In this document: piece by piece, positions 26,847 to 35,755 of the stretch
How positions within the stretch are numbered: the stretch's first letter is position 1
Layout: each line of letters begins with the position of its first letter
NCBI GenBank assembly: GCA_036768475.1
Contig: DAIPMW010000012.1
Span: forward strand, 35,825-99,824
Direction: 5' to 3'
Source of the DNA: Hyphomicrobiaceae bacterium
GTDB lineage: Bacteria; Pseudomonadota; Alphaproteobacteria; Rhizobiales; Hyphomicrobiaceae
DNA: 64,000 bases
Made by a program: the position numbers and the translations under genes
Notes under the pieces: generated by a model
What the model was told of the DNA's origin: nothing
Database searches by the model: none
Seen by the model: only the letters and a program-made list of their open reading frames with translations

Positions 26847-28658
26847 ATGACCAGTCTGAAGACCCGCAGTCTGCGTACATTTGATTGCCGTGTTGTGCTC
26901 AAGCGCACGGCGTCGGCAGTTTCCCTGGCCGCACTTGCCGCCAGCACTTTATTTCCAATGCTGGCGTGGGCCGCAGATCCGCCGCCGCCGATACGTAAAC
27001 GGGACGATCATGCGAGGGCGGCCGCAGCGGTCGCGGTCCCCGCGTTCAACCCGGTCCGTGTCGCTGCCGCGGAGACGGATGCAACGAATTCCGGCACCAC
27101 TGCGGGCGAGCCGACACCACCCATTGCGCGCGCTCTGCGGCTCCTGCTCGATGGCAACGCACATGACAAACTCCAAGACCCGCCCAAATCCTGGAACAAG
27201 GACCGCATTGCGGTCGAGGCGGATGCTTTGGCCGCAGAGCACGAAGCGCTCAAGCAATTCTATGCTGCCCGCAAGGATGCCCCGCTCTGGGTGTCGTCCG
27301 ATGGCATGACCGAGAAAGGTCGCGCGCTGATGGCGGCCATCGCGGATGGTGCGGCATTCGGCCTTGATCCGGAATTGATACCGCTCCCCGCCATGGTTCC
27401 GCTGCCCGTGCAGGCGTCGCGGGCCGGAACGGAGCAGGCGACGGACGCGCCGCCGCCGGACGTGCCGTCTCTTGCCCTTCAGGAACTGGCCTTGTCGCGC
27501 GCCGCGCTCATTTATGGCCGTCACGCGCGCGGTGGCCGCATTGCCAAGCCTGCGGAGATGCTCAATTCCAATCTCGATCGCAAACCCCAGTTCCTGTCGC
27601 CCATCGTGGTGATGGCCGAACTCGCCGAGGCAACCGATATAGCCGCCGCACTTGCCAAGCTGCATCCTGTGCATCCGCAGTTCGACAAGCTGCGCCAGGC
27701 GTTCCTCGCCGAGACCGGCGGCGATGGTAAGGCAAGGCTCACCACCAAAGCCAAACGTCTGCGCGCCAACATGGAGTTCTGGCGCTGGATGTGGGACGAC
27801 CTGGGCGAGCTTTACGTCTTCAACAACATCCCCGAGTATATGCAGACCGTGGTCCGCAGGGGCGAAGTGGTGCGCCGGGCGAAGATCGTGGTCGGCGAGA
27901 TCGGCAAGCAGTCCTCGGTCTTCTCGCGACCGTTGAAAGAGGTTGTGCTGCGGCCACGCTGGCGGGTGCCTGAGAGCATCATGGTTCACGAGCTGTGGCC
28001 AAGCCTGCGCAAGGGCGGCGGTCTCATGCGCAAGCACGGCCTGGAGATCACCAGCAAATCGGGAGAGCCGCGCGACTGGCGCGACATCGACTGGACCAGC
28101 CAGGACATCCGCAATTACCATGTCTGGCAGCCTCCGGGACCGAAGAGTTCGCTTGGCTTCGTCAAGTTCTCCTTCCCGAGCCAGCATACGATCTTCATGC
28201 ATGACACGCCCGATAAGTGGATGTTCAACCGCGACCAGCGCACCTTGAGCCACGGCTGCCTGCGCGTGAACAACCCCATGCAGCTCACCGAGATCGTGCT
28301 TGGCTACGATCACGGATGGGATCGCGACAAGATCAAGCAGCTCATCGCTTCCGGTCCGCTCGACAACAAGGTTGAGATGGACAAGCACATTCCCATCCAC
28401 GTCGCTTACTTCACAGCCTGGGCTGACGACGACGGCAAGGTGCGCCTTTTCAGCGACATCTACGGTCACGAGAAGCGCGTCACACAGGCGCTGGATGGTG
28501 ACTGGAAGAAGATCGACAAGGGGCGCAATCATCTGCTGAAGCCCGTGCCGAGCTTTGGCAGCGATGCGATCGCTACTGGCGCCAGCTCATCCGCCCCCCA
28601 CAAAGGCAAAAAGCCCGAAAGCGTCGCCGATATGATTGCCGACGCTCTGGGGCTTTGA
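26847..28658 (+). CDS. L,D-transpeptidase (YcbB/LdtD-like, YkuD domain)
   Basis: Start at ATG 26847 with a signal peptide (...LAALAASTLFPMLAWA). The YkuD catalytic region has FMHDTP and LSHGCLRV. Confidence 0.85.
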   Translation: MTSLKTRSLRTFDCRVVLKRTASAVSLAALAASTLFPMLAWAADPPPPIRKRDDHARAAAAVAVPAFNPVRVAAAETDATNSGTTAGEPTPPIARALRLLLDGNAHDKLQDPPKSWNKDRIAVEADALAAEHEALKQFYAARKDAPLWVSSDGMTEKGRALMAAIADGAAFGLDPELIPLPAMVPLPVQASRAGTEQATDAPPPDVPSLALQELALSRAALIYGRHARGGRIAKPAEMLNSNLDRKPQFLSPIVVMAELAEATDIAAALAKLHPVHPQFDKLRQAFLAETGGDGKARLTTKAKRLRANMEFWRWMWDDLGELYVFNNIPEYMQTVVRRGEVVRRAKIVVGEIGKQSSVFSRPLKEVVLRPRWRVPESIMVHELWPSLRKGGGLMRKHGLEITSKSGEPRDWRDIDWTSQDIRNYHVWQPPGPKSSLGFVKFSFPSQHTIFMHDTPDKWMFNRDQRTLSHGCLRVNNPMQLTEIVLGYDHGWDRDKIKQLIASGPLDNKVEMDKHIPIHVAYFTAWADDDGKVRLFSDIYGHEKRVTQALDGDWKKIDKGRNHLLKPVPSFGSDAIATGASSSAPHKGKKPESVADMIADALGL

Positions 28659-28709
28659 GCGCAGCGACCGTGTTCCGCCCTGGCGTCCGCTTCTGGCAGA
28701 GTTCAGGTG

Positions 28710-29708
28710 CTAATAGCGGATCACCGGGGCAAGTCCCGTGGCGCCATCGGCCAGCACATGCGGCAATCGCTTGTCCGCCTCGGTAAACGCAATCTCGTCT
28801 GCCACGAGCTGATCGAGGGCCGGTTGGTCGGCCAGCAGCCGCAGGGCCACTTCCATGCGTCGCCGGTAGGTCCACCTGGAGCGGTGCGTTGGCGCTACCT
28901 GTCCGACCTGCGAGGAGATGAGCCGCAGGCGGCGCGAATGAAACGGTCCGCCGAGCCCGACCGCCACCTCCTTCTCGCCGTACCACGACAGCTCGACCAC
29001 AGTTGCCTCCATGCCGGCACATCCGATCGCCGTCGCGAGCCCGGCGGCACTGGCGCTGGTGTGGAACACGACATCGGCATCGCCGGGGGCTGTGGCGGGT
29101 GCAGCGAACGACGCCCCCAGGGCTTCGACGATGTCGCGGCGTTCATCGGCCACGTCCACCACCGTTACGTCCGCCCCCGGAAAGCGGGCGGCGATCGCAG
29201 TCACCAGCAACCCGACGACGCCCGCGCCGACCACCACGATGCGGTCGCCGGCGGCGGTGCCCGCATCCCAGTGAGCGTTGAGTGCGGTTTCCATGTTGGC
29301 CGCCAGTGTCGCTCGCCGGGCTGGCACGCCGTCAGGCACTGGCACGAGCATTTCGACCGGGGCAATGAACATGTCCTGGTGTGGATGCAGGCAGAAGACC
29401 GTCCGCCCCAGGAGCCCGTCCGGCCCATCCTCTACAACCCCTGTCGCGCAATAGCCGTATTTCACGGGGAAAGGGAACGCGCCCTCTTGTAGAGGCGCCC
29501 GCATCCGTTGCCATTCGCTTTCCGGAATTCGCCCGTTGAGGATGAGGCGTTCCGTCCCGCGACTGATGCCGGAAAATACAGTACGAACGCGGGCCTCGTT
29601 GGGCTGCGGTGGGCGTAGGGGCGCCGCGCGCTGCTCCACGACGCCAGGTTTTGCGTACCAGAGCGCGCGGGCGACGTGCATCTTGCCGGTGGATCGGCGC
29701 GTCGTCAT
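28710..29708 (-). CDS. zinc-type medium-chain dehydrogenase/reductase (MDR) family protein
   Basis: 332 aa. GroES-like N-terminus and Rossmann motif VVVGAGVVGLL. Alternative start ATG 29681. Confidence 0.8.
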   Translation of the reverse strand: MTTRRSTGKMHVARALWYAKPGVVEQRAAPLRPPQPNEARVRTVFSGISRGTERLILNGRIPESEWQRMRAPLQEGAFPFPVKYGYCATGVVEDGPDGLLGRTVFCLHPHQDMFIAPVEMLVPVPDGVPARRATLAANMETALNAHWDAGTAAGDRIVVVGAGVVGLLVTAIAARFPGADVTVVDVADERRDIVEALGASFAAPATAPGDADVVFHTSASAAGLATAIGCAGMEATVVELSWYGEKEVAVGLGGPFHSRRLRLISSQVGQVAPTHRSRWTYRRRMEVALRLLADQPALDQLVADEIAFTEADKRLPHVLADGATGLAPVIRY

Positions 29709-29768
29709 GCTGGAAACCTCCGCGAGGGGGAAACGGTCCGCCGGTTTCGGTTCGGGATCACATTGTCC

Positions 29769-31571
29769 ATGAGCAACACGTTCAATTCATCGTCCTTGTC
29801 GTCCGGCGCCGCTGGCGCGGAGAGCATTACGTCACCCACCGGCCTTCAGGCAATCGCCACGCTGGCCTGGCGCCGCCGTCTGGTCATCGCGCTGAACGTG
29901 GTGACGTACCTCGTGCTGGCCGTGTTGGCTTTCCGGCTCGGCGCCTGGAATGGCTGGACCCTCGTCGATTCCCTCATGTTCGTCTGCTTCCTCCTCGGCA
30001 CGCCCTGGGCGGTACTGGGGTTTTGGAATGCGATCATCGGACTGTGGCTGCTGCACGGTTCGAGAGACGCCATTGCCGAAGTTGCGCCCTATGCTGGCGC
30101 AGGCGACAATGCTACCCCGCTTGCCGTCAAGACCGCGATCCTCTTGACACTCCGCAACGAGGACCCCGGACGCGCTTTGAAGCGGATCGCGACCGTCAAG
30201 AAGAGTATCGACCGCACGGGCGAAGGCAACGCCTTCAGCTACTTCATCCTGAGCGACACGAACGATCCGGTCGTTGCCGAGGCGGAAGAGGCCGGCGTCG
30301 CGCGCTGGCGGGCCGAGACCGGGGCTGGCGAGCGCATCGTCTATCGCCGCCGCACCGACAACAAAGGGTTCAAGGCTGGCAACGTCCGCGATTTTTGCGA
30401 GCGCTGGGGCAAGGATTTCGAGCTGATGCTGCCGCTCGACGCCGATAGCCTCATGTCGGGCGACATCATCGTGCGCATGGCGCGCATGATGCAGGCTCAC
30501 CCGAAGCTCGGCATACTGCAGTCGCTCGTCGTCGGAATGCCTTCGACGTCGGCATTCGCGCGCATCTTCCAGTTCGGTATGCGCCACGGTATGCGCTCCT
30601 ACACGATGGGGCAGGCCTGGTGGACCGGTGACTGTGGCCCCTTCTGGGGACACAACGCCTTTGTGCGCATCAAGCCGTTCATGGAAGATTGCGACCTGCC
30701 GATGCTGCCCGGCAAGCCGCCGCTGGGCGGGCACGTGCTGTCTCATGATCAGGTCGAGGCGACCTTGATGCGCAAGGCGGGATACGAGGTGCGGGTGCTG
30801 CCCGTCGAGGGCGGTAGCTGGGAGGAGAACCCGCCCACCGTGCTCGATTTCGCCAAGCGTGACGTGCGCTGGTGCCAGGGCAACATGCAGTACGTGAAAC
30901 TGCTCGACTATCCGGGTCTGCTGCCCATGAGCCGCTTTCAGCTTCTTTGGGCGATCCTCATGTTCGTCGGCATTCCCGCCTGGACGCTGATGATCGCGCT
31001 GCTCCCCTTCGCGGCGCTGCATGCACAATCCGCCCCGGACTTTCCGTCAACGCTCGCCGCCGGCCTCTACATTAGTTTTTTTGTCATGTACCTGATGCCG
31101 AAGATTGCCGGGCTCGCCGATGCCGTGTTGACCAAGGGCGGCATGGCAGCTTACGGCGGACCGCTTCGATTCTTCGCGAGCGCGCTCGTCGAACTCGTCT
31201 TCTCTTTCCTGCAAGGTGCCGTGTCCACGATCCGCACCTCGATCTTCATGATCGGCCTGTTGTTCGGAAAGTCGGTCATATGGGGCGGTCAGCAGCGCGA
31301 TGCGACCGGCATCTCGTTTGCAACGGCTCTGGAGAACCTGTGGCCGCAAATGCTGTTCGGTCTCATTGTCTGCGGCGCGCTCTATGTCATCTCCCCAACG
31401 GTGCTCGTGTGGAGCTTGCCGCTGACAGCGGGTTATCTGCTGGCCATCCCGTTTGCAATGCTCACGGCCTCGCCGGCGCTGGGCCGCTGGATGAAGCGTG
31501 CCGGGCTGTGCGGGATTCCTGAGGACTTCGTAACGCCGCGAGAGATTGTAGCGCTACAGGCCACCGTGTGA
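29769..31571 (+). CDS. opgH: glucans biosynthesis glucosyltransferase H-like (GT2, OpgH/MdoH)
   Basis: Start at ATG 29769. Cytoplasmic GT2 core with LDADSLM and RDVRWCQGNMQ (QxxRW-type) motifs, flanked by TM segments. Confidence 0.85.
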   Translation: MSNTFNSSSLSSGAAGAESITSPTGLQAIATLAWRRRLVIALNVVTYLVLAVLAFRLGAWNGWTLVDSLMFVCFLLGTPWAVLGFWNAIIGLWLLHGSRDAIAEVAPYAGAGDNATPLAVKTAILLTLRNEDPGRALKRIATVKKSIDRTGEGNAFSYFILSDTNDPVVAEAEEAGVARWRAETGAGERIVYRRRTDNKGFKAGNVRDFCERWGKDFELMLPLDADSLMSGDIIVRMARMMQAHPKLGILQSLVVGMPSTSAFARIFQFGMRHGMRSYTMGQAWWTGDCGPFWGHNAFVRIKPFMEDCDLPMLPGKPPLGGHVLSHDQVEATLMRKAGYEVRVLPVEGGSWEENPPTVLDFAKRDVRWCQGNMQYVKLLDYPGLLPMSRFQLLWAILMFVGIPAWTLMIALLPFAALHAQSAPDFPSTLAAGLYISFFVMYLMPKIAGLADAVLTKGGMAAYGGPLRFFASALVELVFSFLQGAVSTIRTSIFMIGLLFGKSVIWGGQQRDATGISFATALENLWPQMLFGLIVCGALYVISPTVLVWSLPLTAGYLLAIPFAMLTASPALGRWMKRAGLCGIPEDFVTPREIVALQATV

Positions 31572-31575
31572 GGCG

Positions 31576-32355
31576 ATGATGAGCGCGCCGTACCGCAGTA
31601 CCATTGATCGCCTGAAGGCTGACCCGCGTTTTTCTTCGCTCAAGCGTTCTCTGGACGTTTACTATGGCGATGCTGGCCGCGAAATCGCAATGGACGCACT
31701 CTACGGCCGCTTCGTAACGAAAAGCGCGTTGGCGTTCGACATCGGCGCGCACGTGGGCGATCGCATTGCCTCATTCCGTCGCCTCGGTGCGCGTGTCGTG
31801 GCCCTCGAACCGCAGCCTGACTGCTTTGATGTGCTTGATGTTCTCTACTGTTGTGATGGTGCGGTTAGGCTGCTGAACAGCGCCTGCGGTCCTGCGGCGG
31901 GCGAATTGACCCTTCATGTCAACTCGGCAAACCCCACGGTGACATCCGCATCGCCCGCTTTCATCAAGGCCGCTGATGGTGCAGGCGGCTGGGAAGGCCA
32001 GATCTGGGACCGGGACATCACCGTGCCCGTCACCACACTCGATGATCTCATTGCCCGTCATGGCATACCCGCCTTCATCAAGATCGACGTGGAGGGCTTC
32101 GAGGCCGACGTCCTCGCCGGGCTCTCGCAGCCGGTTGCCGCACTGTCATTCGAGTTCACGACGATCCAGCGTGACGTGGCCTATGATTGCCTCGACAGGC
32201 TTGCACAACTCGGCAACTTTGGGTTCGACATCGCCCTGGGCGAGAGCCAGCGCCTCACTTTCGGCCACGGGCTGACCGCCGAAGAGATGCGCCGGCATAT
32301 CGAGGACCTGCCGCACGAAACGAATTCGGGAGACGTATATGCGGTTCTGGCCTGA
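31576..32355 (+). CDS. FkbM-family methyltransferase
   Basis: 259 aa. FDIGAHVGD...ALEPQP pattern. Starts 4 nt after the opgH stop. Confidence 0.8.
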   Translation: MMSAPYRSTIDRLKADPRFSSLKRSLDVYYGDAGREIAMDALYGRFVTKSALAFDIGAHVGDRIASFRRLGARVVALEPQPDCFDVLDVLYCCDGAVRLLNSACGPAAGELTLHVNSANPTVTSASPAFIKAADGAGGWEGQIWDRDITVPVTTLDDLIARHGIPAFIKIDVEGFEADVLAGLSQPVAALSFEFTTIQRDVAYDCLDRLAQLGNFGFDIALGESQRLTFGHGLTAEEMRRHIEDLPHETNSGDVYAVLA

Positions 32356-33352
32356 AAGCACGTGCGCTTTGCAACTCGCGTTGGCTCTTGCCCTGGCATC
32401 TGCATGCCTTCCTGCATCGCGCGCGACGGCCGGCTCGCTCGGCGTTACTGTCGAGAACAAATCCGAGCCAGTGTTGTGTGCCGAGAAGGACAACGTCACT
32501 CTCACGCTCACTTCGCCCAAGGTGCAGCGTTTCCGCGTCGAGGCAGCCCATCCGAGCTATATCAACGCCATCGCTGCGGACAGCTTCGAGCCCGATTGGA
32601 CCGCGTGCGACTTCAAGAGCGAGGCGCTGGCACCCGCGCGCCCGCCGCAGCGTCAGACGATCTACGAGGATATCGAATTGTGGGTCGTTGCTCACCGCTA
32701 CGAGAGCTTCTGGCGCGACGCTGGCGCCCGCGTCGTCATCGGCGATAATGTGTATGAGGGTATCCACCTCCTCCAGGTCTGGGTTATCCGGCCAATGGGC
32801 GGCGAGGAGGTGATGGTGCTCTATCCACAGGACGGATACTGGCGCATGCGGCCCAAGGCGCCCGCCGGCCGCGCGCCCACTGCATTCGGATCGTCATTCC
32901 TGTTAGGCCCACTCGGCGAGGACAAGGGCCGCCCCGTCGTCGACATCGCCGAGGTTGATTTCGATCCGGGCGCACGCACCTTCACGCTGACCTTCAAGGA
33001 CGGCAACCGCGCGCAAGTGGCCCTGGGTCCGCTCGACGAACAGCGGTATCGATTAGAGGTGACATTTGCCAGGCCGATTGCCGGCAAGCCGTTCGCCGCC
33101 ATCCGCTCCATGTACGTCACGCGCTTCAACAACGACGTCGCGGACGTCGCCGTTCTGGACGAGGACAAGGCGGCCTGGTCCGAAAGCCCGGTGATGGAGT
33201 TCAAGGGCGCTGCCAATGCGACCGAGCTGTGGGCCGGCCGGAACACGCCCTCTCGCCACAACATGTCGTCACCCGACATCATCGTGAGGGATTTCCACGA
33301 GACCGGCACGACGCCGCCCGGCTGGCGTGATCCCTCTAAGCCGCCGCGTTGA
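32339..33352 (+). CDS. exported hypothetical protein (no recognisable domain)
   Basis: 337 aa. Signal peptide ...LALALALASACLPASRATA. Overlaps the FkbM gene by 17 nt, implying the same operon. Confidence 0.65.
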   Translation: MRFWPESTCALQLALALALASACLPASRATAGSLGVTVENKSEPVLCAEKDNVTLTLTSPKVQRFRVEAAHPSYINAIAADSFEPDWTACDFKSEALAPARPPQRQTIYEDIELWVVAHRYESFWRDAGARVVIGDNVYEGIHLLQVWVIRPMGGEEVMVLYPQDGYWRMRPKAPAGRAPTAFGSSFLLGPLGEDKGRPVVDIAEVDFDPGARTFTLTFKDGNRAQVALGPLDEQRYRLEVTFARPIAGKPFAAIRSMYVTRFNNDVADVAVLDEDKAAWSESPVMEFKGAANATELWAGRNTPSRHNMSSPDIIVRDFHETGTTPPGWRDPSKPPR

Positions 33353-33372
33353 GCGGATGACGCGTCACACCT

Positions 33373-34272
33373 TCACCAGCGCAGAAACGGCATCGCACCG
33401 ACCGCAGTCGTCTCACCCGCCTCTTCGAACAAACGCGTCAGCGCGGCCGGATTGATCTCGTCGCCCGTCATGACTGTGGGCCGGTGGATGCCGCAGGCTA
33501 TGAACAGGGCATCGACGCCGAAGTTCCGCGCGCCCTCGAGATCGGTACGCATCGCATCACCGATCACCAGAATGCGGTGATGGTCGACATGGCGTCCCCG
33601 GATTCGCTCGGCAGTCTCGTGTGCGGCGCGATAGGCGGTCGCATGCGGCTTTCCGGCCCAGAAAACCGGCCCGCCCATCTCCTCGTAAAGGTCAGCAATG
33701 GCGCCGGCGCAGAGGTAGTGCCTGCCGCCCACGTCCACCACGAGATCGGGATTGGCGCACACGAAGGGCAGCTTGCGTGACAGCGCCACCGCGAGCCGTT
33801 GGCGATAGTTCTCTGCCGTCTCGTTGATGTCGTCGTCAAGACCGCTGCACAGTATGCCATCGGCCTCCGCGATGGGGGCGGACGACCAGTGAAGGTTATT
33901 GAACAGAGCCGCGTCACGTTCCACTGGTCCGATCCAGTGCAGCCGTTCGTAGCCTTGCGCGTCGATGTGCGAAAGGGCGATGTCGCCCGACGAGACGATG
34001 CAATCCCAGGCGCCACGCGGAACCTTCTTGTCCGCCAGCATCTCTGCCACGCGCGCGTTGGGAACCGGTGCGTTGGAAACGAGGATCACGGTGCCGCCGT
34101 TCGCCCGGAAGCGCTCCAGCGCGTCGGTGGCGTACGCATATGCGGTGATACCATCGTGCAGCACGCCCCACACATCCGAGAACAGCACGTCATAGCGTGC
34201 GAGCAGGGAACGTCCGTGCTGAAAGATCGGCGGTGCAGCAGGTTTACCCTGAGGACTGTTTTTCATATCCAT
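33373..34272 (-). CDS. HAD superfamily class IIA hydrolase (phosphatase-like)
   Basis: ORF runs to 34341; ATG 34272 or 34266 is likelier. Motif I FSDVWGVLHDG, motif IV VIGDAMRTD. Confidence 0.8.
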   Translation of the reverse strand: MDMKNSPQGKPAAPPIFQHGRSLLARYDVLFSDVWGVLHDGITAYAYATDALERFRANGGTVILVSNAPVPNARVAEMLADKKVPRGAWDCIVSSGDIALSHIDAQGYERLHWIGPVERDAALFNNLHWSSAPIAEADGILCSGLDDDINETAENYRQRLAVALSRKLPFVCANPDLVVDVGGRHYLCAGAIADLYEEMGGPVFWAGKPHATAYRAAHETAERIRGRHVDHHRILVIGDAMRTDLEGARNFGVDALFIACGIHRPTVMTGDEINPAALTRLFEEAGETTAVGAMPFLRW

Positions 34273-34349
34273 GCGCTGGGGATCGCCTTCATTGCTGTTG
34301 GATGCGCGCACAAGGCCCAGGCGCACATATCTTCTTGCCAAACACTACA

Positions 34350-34580
34350 CTAGCCCTTCCGCGCCGGCTGCAATTTGATCGCGCGCACGATGCGGCAAAG
34401 CTTTTCAAACGAGGCCGCAGCCGCAAAGCCGACCATCTCATGCACCTGAGCGCAAATTGGTCCGCAGTTCGTCCGGTCCGGATCCGTGCAACGGCCTAAA
34501 TAGCGTTCGTCGGTATACCGAAATGCACGAAGGTTCACCGCCTGCGCAAGTGCCATTTCGCAGCAGCAATCGTATTTCAC
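34350..34580 (-). CDS. small Cys-rich hypothetical protein
   Basis: 76-aa ORF (GTG start; internal ATG gives 68 aa) with 7 Cys. Codon third positions are moderately GC-rich. No family recognised. Confidence 0.3.
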   Translation of the reverse strand: MKYDCCCEMALAQAVNLRAFRYTDERYLGRCTDPDRTNCGPICAQVHEMVGFAAAASFEKLCRIVRAIKLQPARKG

Positions 34581-34604
34581 AGCATTAACAATAAATTATT
34601 GCCG

Positions 34605-34802
34605 ATGACTGGTGGGATGAAGTGGCAGATGGCCGCGATCTACCGGCTCTTCGAAGACAAGCCGGAGCTGGCGCGCTGGCCCATGCAGTCGAAAGCAGCC
34701 GCAAGGGCTCAATTGCACGAGGAACCCAAAACCGGCAGCGACGTCATCACGTCGCCGACAACCAGAACGCCATTCCTGAGGTCGGGCGATGAGATGATTT
34801 GA
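34605..34802 (+). CDS. possible small hypothetical protein
   Basis: ORF with GC-rich third positions in its first half (MKWQMAAIYRLFEDKPELARW...). No SD sequence or homology recognised. Confidence 0.2.
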   Translation: MTGGMKWQMAAIYRLFEDKPELARWPMQSKAAARAQLHEEPKTGSDVITSPTTRTPFLRSGDEMI

Positions 34803-34999
34803 TATGCGCGAGTTGTCACGGGCTCGGGTTGTCGCTCGATGGACGCGCTGACCGAGGGCCGATCGAAACCCCTTGCTATTGACGCACCGAACGCATTCGG
34901 GGGAACTTCAATCTCATCATTTGCCCCACTCGGCATAGCCAATTTGCACGTATCCGCCCACTATGATTGCAGCCGCCCGTCATCAGATAGCGACATATC

Positions 35000-35755
35000 A
35001 TGGATAGGCCAGCGCTACCGCCGCCAGAAAGCTCTGCCTTGTTTCTGGATTTTGATGGGACGCTGGTGGAGATCGCCGGGCATCCGGAAGCCGTCGTTAT
35101 GAGCGGCGATATGGTTGCGACGCTGGCACGCCTGATCGCGCGGATGGATGGCGCATTTGCGATCGTTACAGGACGTGACATCGCTGCGATCGATAGGTTT
35201 CTCGCGCCGCTCATTGTTCCCGTCGCAGGAATCCACGGACTTACGCGCCGCGATTCGTCCCGTCGCCTTCATCCCCCGCCTTCGGGGACCGAGCCGTTTA
35301 TCGCGGAGGCTTGGCAGCAGCTCAGTTCTCTTGCCGTGCGAGAGGACGGACTCTTTATTGAGCGAAAAACGGCAGGCATCGCGCTTCACTACAGACAAAG
35401 ACCCGATTTGGAGCAGGAGTGCGTAGCGAGCATGGAAGCAATCGCCGACCGCTACCCAGGAATCGAGGTGAAGCGGGGAAAGATGGTCGTCGAGGCGAAG
35501 CCCGGCCACATGCATAAAGGTACGGCCATCATGGACTTCATGGCCGAAGCTCCATTCCTTGGGCGACGGCCAATCTTCGCCGGCGACGACGTCACGGACG
35601 AGGATGCCTTTCGTGTCGTCAATGAGCTGAACGGCATCACCATAAAGATCGGTGAGGGTCCGACGCAAGCGCGTTACCGACTGCCATCGACGACTGCCCT
35701 GCATGCGTGGCTTGCGTGTCTGCTCAACGCATCAGGCGAACAGGAGGAGTTGTGA
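35000..35755 (+). CDS. otsB: trehalose-6-phosphate phosphatase
   Basis: 251 aa. HAD motif ALFLDFDGTLVEIAGHPEAV, GDDVTDEDAF. Confidence 0.9.
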   Translation: MDRPALPPPESSALFLDFDGTLVEIAGHPEAVVMSGDMVATLARLIARMDGAFAIVTGRDIAAIDRFLAPLIVPVAGIHGLTRRDSSRRLHPPPSGTEPFIAEAWQQLSSLAVREDGLFIERKTAGIALHYRQRPDLEQECVASMEAIADRYPGIEVKRGKMVVEAKPGHMHKGTAIMDFMAEAPFLGRRPIFAGDDVTDEDAFRVVNELNGITIKIGEGPTQARYRLPSTTALHAWLACLLNASGEQEEL

